A stretch of DNA of 64,000 nucleotides, taken from assembly GCF_036321535.1 (NCBI RefSeq), contig NC_087437.1, forward strand, positions 65,226,001 through 65,290,000, read 5' to 3'. Positions 55,688-64,000 of the stretch are shown here, piece after piece. This stretch comes from Camelus dromedarius. Its lineage: Eukaryota. Each line of letters begins with the position of its first letter. Position 1 is the stretch's first letter. The notes under the pieces are model-generated. The model saw only the letters and a program-made list of their open reading frames with translations. It made no database searches and was not told the DNA's origin. The position numbers and the translations under genes are program-made.

Positions 55688-57900
55688 TAGCAAGTTGTTA
55701 ACAGTTTTTGAATTAAGTAAATTAGATGGTGCAAAGTAATTGAATATGCATTACATATCCATTAGAAGGATTACTAATATTAAGCTAATCAGTTTCATCT
55801 TGAGGAATTGGTGGTGGTGATGAGAGAGGAAATGTAGTTGTGTCTTCAGTTTAAATATTATCACTTCTTGTAAGTGTTAAGTAATAAAAAATACTACAAT
55901 TTTGTAAGATTTTTCTTTCTAACTGAGAAAATATTTTCTTATGGCTAAGTTTACACTAAATACTAATATGGAAAATTGACCTTTTGTTAAGTGATATAGG
56001 TATAAAATAGTAGAATGGAAAGAAACATTTTTGGAGTCAGACAGACCTACCTCTGATACTTGATATGCCTATGATATTAGTTGAATCACATAACTTCTCT
56101 GAACGTAGTATCTTAATCTATAAAATGGAATAAAAGACTTACCTTTAGTATTCAAAGAATAAAATATGATTTTTAAAATTTGCCTAGCATCTAGAAAGTG
56201 CTTGATAAATGATAAATTTCCTCTCACACCCCTAAATACACTTAAAGTTTTAGTTCACAGTATTTTTCTAAGCCTGATTCTTCTGTCCTGAGGTTAAAGA
56301 ACTGACTCACCATCTGTGGAATGAGGCATCTATGTTTTTGCAGAGGTGTGCCTCTATGTACTGAAATAGTTAAGGGTAGGTTTAGAGCTGGGAATAGGAC
56401 TAAATTCATGCGTTTCAGTACCCTCATAAGTATGCACTTGTAGCCTCTGCATGCCTGGCATGGAATCTTACTTAGTTCCTTTGCTCTGTATCCCAAATTT
56501 CACCTGACTGTGCCTTGGTTATCTCAATAAATATATATGTAAACACATTCATTTACTGTCCTGTTAATTTTTTTCTTTCATTACATTGTCTATGCCTTCA
56601 CCTTATTTAAATCATTTTCAACTCTTCCTTGGATTACTGAAATAGCCCCACAATTGATCTCTCTGCTTCCTAGCTTGGTCCCCTTCAGTCTATACTTAAA
56701 TCAAGACCTTGTGATCTATTTGAAATGAACACCATATCATGTAACCACTCTGCTCATAAATTTGTGATGGTTCCCTACTTCATTTAGAATGAAAGCCAAC
56801 ATGGTTAAAGTTGCCTATAAACCCCTCTATGATCTGCCCCACCCCCTTAGTGCTCCGACTTCACTTTCTGTATTCCGTCTTACTCCATGGCCTCTTTGCT
56901 ATTCCATAATATGCCAAGAATCTGCCACCTCAGGTTCTCTTTGTCTGGAATGCTTTACCCACCAGGCATCAGTAGGGTTTCACCTTTGAACCTTCACTCA
57001 AATGTTACTTTCTCAGACCTGCCCTTGTTACCTTATTTAAATTAGTGTCTTCCCGTTGGTTCCTATTTTCCCTGTTTTATTTTTCTCCTTTGCACTTACC
57101 AAAATTAAACATATTATGTGTTTTACTTATCTTGTTTTTATTATCTGTCTCTTCCTATTGGAATAGAAACACTCTGAGGGCAAAGCTTTTTTTCTGCTTT
57201 GTTCTCCATCCCCAGCACCTAGAACAGTATTGGCACACGTTAAATATTTCCTTAATGAGTGAATGGATAAATGAATGAATTAATCCAGTTACACACACTG
57301 AATCTCCAGTTTTGAGAACTTGCTGGGCCACTACGGTATTTACATGTGCTCTTTGTTCTGCCTGAAATGTGTCCTCTGCCCCCTCAGTTACCTTTCATTG
57401 AGATAATGCTTCCCCTTCTTCCCATGTCAGCTAAATCATCATTTTCTCAGGGAAACCTTTCTTTCAGATCTTTCTGTCAAATTTATGTCAAATATGAGGC
57501 TTCAGAACACTATGAAAACTCTGTTTTATAGTGCATCTTATGATTATATGTTACATTTGTTTGTTTAGTTCTTTAATACGTTTCCCCAGTGAGACCTAAA
57601 CCCCTTCAGACTTGGACTTTCTTTTGCTCACGATTATATTCCTATTACCTGGGGGTTGGAGGTCAGTCACTATTAGTTGAATGAATAGAAAATATTTCCT
57701 TCTCACCTTGCATCATAAGGTTTATTTCTTTTTTCTTTTTGTTTTGTTTTTTCTTTGTTCTGTTACTGACTTTGTAACTGATTTTTTAACATGCCTTTGA
57801 GTAGAAAAACCTTTCCCAGGAAGCAAAATGAGTGACTTTAAACTGATACAAACATGTTTTGAAAGTACCACTAGAGTGGCTATTTCTTTTTCCTTTTTAG

Positions 57901-58095
<195 letters not shown>

Positions 58096-60034
58096 TGAAA
58101 GTACTTTAATAATTATATTAGCAAAGCATGGCTCTCTTTCATCGTTGCCACCAGCTGCCCGCTGGATACTCCTTTGCAAAACTATGCTTTTGTGACTAAT
58201 TGTCTCCTTATCCTGCTTACCGACAGTGTTTACACACATTCAGGCTAATTTTCAGATTTTTAGAATATTGAATTTATACAGGTATATACTAAGGTTCTTC
58301 ATCTAGAATCCATGGGCTTTGAGAGGTTGACCTCGAAGCCCCTAAACTGTATAAACTTTACGTATACCCATTTTTCTGGGAAAGACAGCCATATTTACAT
58401 ATATATTTATTAATATTTCCAAACTCTAAAAAGAATCATTTGTTGACATACAAATATTTTAAAATACATGTGTATTTTAAAATAGGCTTTATTGAGGTAT
58501 TTATATAACATAATATGTACCCACTTGAAGTATATAATTTAATGAATTTCAACAAATGTATACACCTTTTTAACCCCCACTATGATCAACATACAGAACA
58601 TTTCTGTCACCCTAAGATGTTCTCTGTTGCTGTCAGTCTCTTCCCTCTGTCCCCAGCCGCAGGCAACCACTCATATGCTTTCTGTCACTCTTAATTAGTT
58701 GTGCCTTTTCTAAGAATTTCATGTAGAAAATGAAGTCATATGGTATATGTTTTTTGTGTCTGGCTTCTTTCAATCAGTATGATCTTTTTATGATTCATCT
58801 GAGTTGTTACACTTATCAGTTTGTTCCTTTTTTTATTACTGAATATTGATCTAGTATGTTGCTATAACGATGTATATTTTTACCAGTTCTAGAATGAGCA
58901 CTGTTCTCTCACCACTATACTAGCCTGTAGTTCCTTGGGGTCAAAGATAAGTGTAGAGAAGACACAGAGACCAATTCTAGTTACAGAGTACTAGGGCATT
59001 TTATGACTTCATTATGTCAGTGTCATCCTGAGGACGGGTGATGGATATCTTAATACTAGCCCCAGTAAGTAAACTGAAGTCTATACTGGGTAGGCTCTGG
59101 TCCAACATTATAATATCTCTTCTAGTTCCCTCTTAATTGATACTTTCTGTACTATGTCAACTTATATTTTTTATGTTGTACCATGATAGCTTATATTCCT
59201 TAATAACCAGAAATATCATTAATATTTTCTTTGCTTAGTGTTCTGTTATTTTTGATTTATAGCGGTGGTTCCAAATCCTAGTGCTTGGACTGGGGCCTGG
59301 CCTAGGATGAGCTTTTCACCACAAAAGTAAAGACAAGGCATCACAGTTTTCATAAAGATGAAGTTTAAATTTTGAAATTATCCCTACTAATTTTTTTATG
59401 GTAAAATGACTTTCCTTTTGAAATAAGTGTATTGAACAGTAGTAATTAAAAAAAATTTTTTAATTGTCCTTAGGGAAATAATACATTGGCCACCCTCTGT
59501 GGGTCCTCAAAATTTTAAGAAAAGTTTACTTGAAAGATTAAAAATGTATAAAATATAAGATATAGTCTATGAGAAGTTTTACTAGTTCACAAGTTCAAAA
59601 GTCTAGGAAATTCTTTAAGAAAACATAGTTCTTGCATCTAAGAAAGTTAAGGTCTTACTGAGGGAGAGGCTTACACATACAGGCAAAAACAGAGGGTAAT
59701 ATGTGATTCATTAACACATTGATGCCAAAAAGGCTGGAAAAATTGCTGCATAGAGCTATGCTCCTCTGTGATTTTTGACTCTGCTGGTTAGTGGAACACG
59801 CTTTGAGCAAGGGTTTTTGATTTTTAGGCTCTGAGTGGTATTGTGTCTGAAATCTATTTTCTTTGTTTGTTCTTTTGATCTCCTCCTCCAGGTTTGATCT
59901 CATCCTAGTAGAGCATTTCCTAAACGTTGGTACACAGTAGACTTGCCGGGGAATATGTTAAAATCCTTACGTCCAGGTTGTACCCTATTAAATCACAATG
60001 TCCAGGGATGAGAGCCAGGCATCAGTATTTTTAA

Positions 60035-60367
<333 letters not shown>

Positions 60368-60459
60368 TAATTTCTTCATTTTTATATTGGCCTGCATTTG
60401 TAATTTCTTGTTAACCACACTTAATACTCTTAGATTTCATTTTAAGAAATTGTGTGATT

Positions 60460-60589
60460 GATAACACACAGAGAAAAAAATGTGATAGTGAGTATGTATA
60501 TGTCCATGAATGACTGAAACGTGCTGAATGCTGGAATTTGACACAACGTTGTAAAATGATTATAAATCAATAAAAAAAGTTAAAAAAAA
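60460..60589 (+). mobile_element. Short, young L1 3'-end insertion with 16-bp TSD
   Basis: TSD aagaaattgtgtgatt at 60444-60459 and 60590-60605. Ends aatcaataaa plus an A-rich tail. Confidence 0.8.
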
Positions 60590-61394
60590 AAGAAATTGTG
60601 TGATTAAGATTAAACAAGAATAAAACAAACGTGTAGGTTTACTTATCTGTATAGCATATAAATACTAGATAAAAGCTTTTTTGTATCATTAGGGAAGCAA
60701 ATTCTAAAACTGTTACCTTTCTATACTTTATATCCTTAAAATTTAGGCTAGAGTAGTACTTGCTACCCTAATTTTATGCCACTTGAATGTTTCCTTTTAT
60801 CTCAAGGGGTATTTGAAATATTCTCACAAATGTGTCAAAATCAGATTAATTTTAGAAATTGTCATCTTGTATTTTGAGAGGGATGCAAATACCTAGATTG
60901 TCAAAACTGCAAGATTTATTACAGTCATTGAATTAAATACCTTCTTTCTGAGAGTGATCTGTCCATGATGATATGTGCTAAAGATTTGATTAACAATATA
61001 TAGTTTCTAAGATAGGAATTTAACCTTTTCAATTTATTTAAAATTTTTATCATGCTATATATAGATAAATTTTAAAATATATATATGTACACACACACAA
61101 ACACTCAAAAATATTTTCATTGTGTAACTTAATATGCATACTAATAAAATGAATACCAGTGGACCTACCACTTAACTTATAAACTAGGGGCTCAATCCTT
61201 TTGATTTTTTTTTAAAATAAATTAAAATAAAAAATAAGCTAGATCAGTATATATTCTCTATGTTGTTTTTCATTTACTTGTGTGTTTATTCTTCAGGCAT
61301 TTATTTATGTGCCTGACCACTGTATTAGATAGGCCCTGCTGATACTGTTATGAATAAGGCATGTCTCTACCCTCAAGGAGTTCATAGTCTAGTG

Positions 61395-61590
61395 TAGGGG
61401 TCAGCAAACTACAGTCTGCTGGTCAAAGCCAGCCCACCATCTGTTATTGTAAGTAAAATTTTATTGGAACACAGTCTGGCCCATTTGTTTTGTGGCTGCT
61501 TTCATGTGACTATGGAAGAGTTGAGTAGTTGCAATAGTTGTCCTGCAAAACCTAAAATATTTACATATAAAGTTTGACAGCCCCTGGTTT
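61395..61590. mobile_element. MER58-like DNA transposon remnant
   Basis: taggggtcagcaaactac...gtaaaattttattggaacacag...aagtttgacagcccctg with terminal inverted repeats. Confidence 0.75.
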
Positions 61591-61780
61591 AGAAGCTGAG
61601 ATAGAAGTATACTAGGGGTGGCAGTTTATACTCTTAAATTGATATACTGTGATGACTTTTTTGTTTATAATCATAACAATAATTTGAAAAAAATCTCTAG
61701 AGACTTGTAGCATATTCTCAGCTATGGAATATGTAAGTGATCAAGTAAGTGGTCAAGTACTGTATTTTCATTATATGTAA

Positions 61781-62032
<252 letters not shown>

Positions 62033-63597
62033 TGAGTTTGAATTTTACAACAGCATTGCTGAAGGACAGTGTCAGTCTACTTGAAATTGAATGGCCACTC
62101 ATTTCTCATCATGGTGTATTTCTTTGTTTTCCAAAACACAAATGTCATCCTTTTGGATTTACTTAATATTTATAATGAGTGTAAGTTATAATTTTCATAT
62201 CAACTATTGATTTTTCTACTAATGTAGTAGTATGTCAATCAAGATGACATCACATTAGCTGGAAGATGACTTTTAATTTCCACTGTAGTCTGCTCTTTAG
62301 CACTTATGAAGGGATTCTTTTTAATGGGTATTCTGTTTAGGTGACTGGTCTAAGTTCAACTAGGGATGCTGAGAGTTGGGAAGTACTCTCACAGTTTTGG
62401 AATAGGAACTCCATTTACTATCTTTCTTTTTTTAAATTGGCACTGGCTTTAAAAACACTTTCCCAGTTTGTTATCTTGTGTCAGTGAGTAATGATAATAT
62501 TATCAGCAATGCATACCGAAGTTTTGTCTTAAGCAACAGGGAAGAAGCTTGTTTGAATTAATATTTGCTGCTATCTTGATTTTTATTTCTAACTTGCTAC
62601 ATTATTCTGGGTGTGACTAAATTGTTGAGTCTTCTAACATTAAAGAACTTTGTGAGGAACATTCTCTGTCACATTTTCTACTGGTTTGTTTTTCCACGTT
62701 GAGTAATGTAGTTTCTGTCTTGTGGCATAAAATGGCTACTCCATTCTCTGTCATCACATCTGCACTTCAGCCATCAGGAAAGAGAAATGAGGAAGTAAAA
62801 GGCACATCCTGCCCTTTAAGGGCACTTCCCAGAAGTTGTACATGTCTCCTCACATACAGTTGGCCAGAACATAGTCACATGTTTACGTTCCCCAACTACA
62901 AGGGAGACTGGTGAATATAATCTAGCTGAGTGGCCATGTGCTTAACTAACATTTAGGGGTTTTATTAAAGGGAGAATGAGAGAATGGCTATTAGTAGCAA
63001 CCATCAATCTCAGCCCCAGTAGCAAATGATTCATCTATCTATAATTCCTGAAGGGCCATTGGTCTGACTCACGTTTAAGCCTTAAAAATTTTGATGATTT
63101 AAAAACTCTTCCAGCTCATTGGATTTCTCCTACTCTAGGCATGTCTCTTACCTTACCTATGAAATATGCAGAGTACATGTATGTGTTTAAAAAGGATGGG
63201 AGGAAGAGACTGACATTCCCTCCTCATTCCTAACTGCCTCCTTCTGTCCTTCCCCCAGTTCAGATTTCTCAGTAGACTCAACTCTCAAGAGTGGAGTATA
63301 AGTTCATTTTACACAGATACTCTTATTTCAAAGTCAGAGGGTCTTTAAGGTAATGTAGAAGATAAGGAGGTTTTATTTGCCTTGCTACGTTCTTAGCTTG
63401 TGCTTGTTTCTCTTGGGGAAGAATAATTGGAAGGTTGGCGCCTTGTGCTAATATCTAACCTTAAATTAGATAACATTCAAACAAAACTAAAATATATCAT
63501 ATTAATTTTGTTTCAGAGGTCTTGGAAACCTTTGAGATTGACTTTACATAATGCTCCATTTCAGAATGACACATAGCTTGCTCAAACTTCTTTAAGT

Positions 63598-63712
63598 GAG
63601 GAGGGTATAACTCAAGTGGTAGAGCGCATACTTGCCATGCATGAGGTCCCAGGTTCAATCCCCAGCGCATCCTCCAAATAGAAATAAATGAACAACCCCT
63701 CCCCCCAAAAAA
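63598..63712 (+). mobile_element. tRNA-Ala-derived SINE with TSD
   Basis: gagggtataactcaagtggtagagcgcatacttgccatgcatgaggtcccaggttcaatcccc, with TSD aaacttctttaagt on both sides. Confidence 0.85.
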
Positions 63713-64000
63713 ACTTCTTTAAGTAGGGGAATGTGTAAATATAGAGTTTCATATCAACTATGAAGATTTATATACTTGGTCATGTTTTTTGGACTATGTA
63801 GCATCTTTTTTGCTTCTGTGCATAAACCTTTGTAGTTCCTGTGCAAAAGACAGCTTAAGTAATGTTAATATTTCCTAAATAGTTCATGGTGTTTTATTTA
63901 GATGACTCTTTAATCTTTTGGTGGATTTCTTGGAACCTTGTAGTGTATGGTGATGGTGCTTTGTGCCAAAACAGTGATTTGCAAGTTAAATAGTTTGTAG

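Overview
This is mammalian genomic DNA, probably camelid, judging by about ten tRNA-Ala-like (Vic-1-type) SINEs and no recognisable Alu, Bov-tA, PRE1 or CAN SINEs. It corresponds to the POLQ-ARGFX-FBXO40 syntenic block. On the left (minus strand) is FBXO40: a probable non-coding exon 1, a 33-bp ATG exon, and a 1914-bp main coding exon that ends in a GC splice donor. Its last coding exon lies outside the window. On the right (plus strand) are the CpG-rich promoter and coding exons 1-9 of POLQ (helicase-like domain). Between them, mostly invisible in the ORF track, is a three-coding-exon ARGFX (arginine-fifty homeobox) gene on the minus strand. Its exons splice in frame to about 224 aa with an intact homeodomain. 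It stops early after a small frameshifting deletion, and the ancestral C-terminal tail survives as a readable relic in the 3' UTR. One ARGFX intron carries an antisense RAP1B processed pseudogene, a MER21-like LTR fragment and an inverted SINE pair. The rest is interspersed repeat (L1, L2, MIR, MER, LTR). Orthologue and repeat-family assignments rest on recalled reference sequences, not on database searches.
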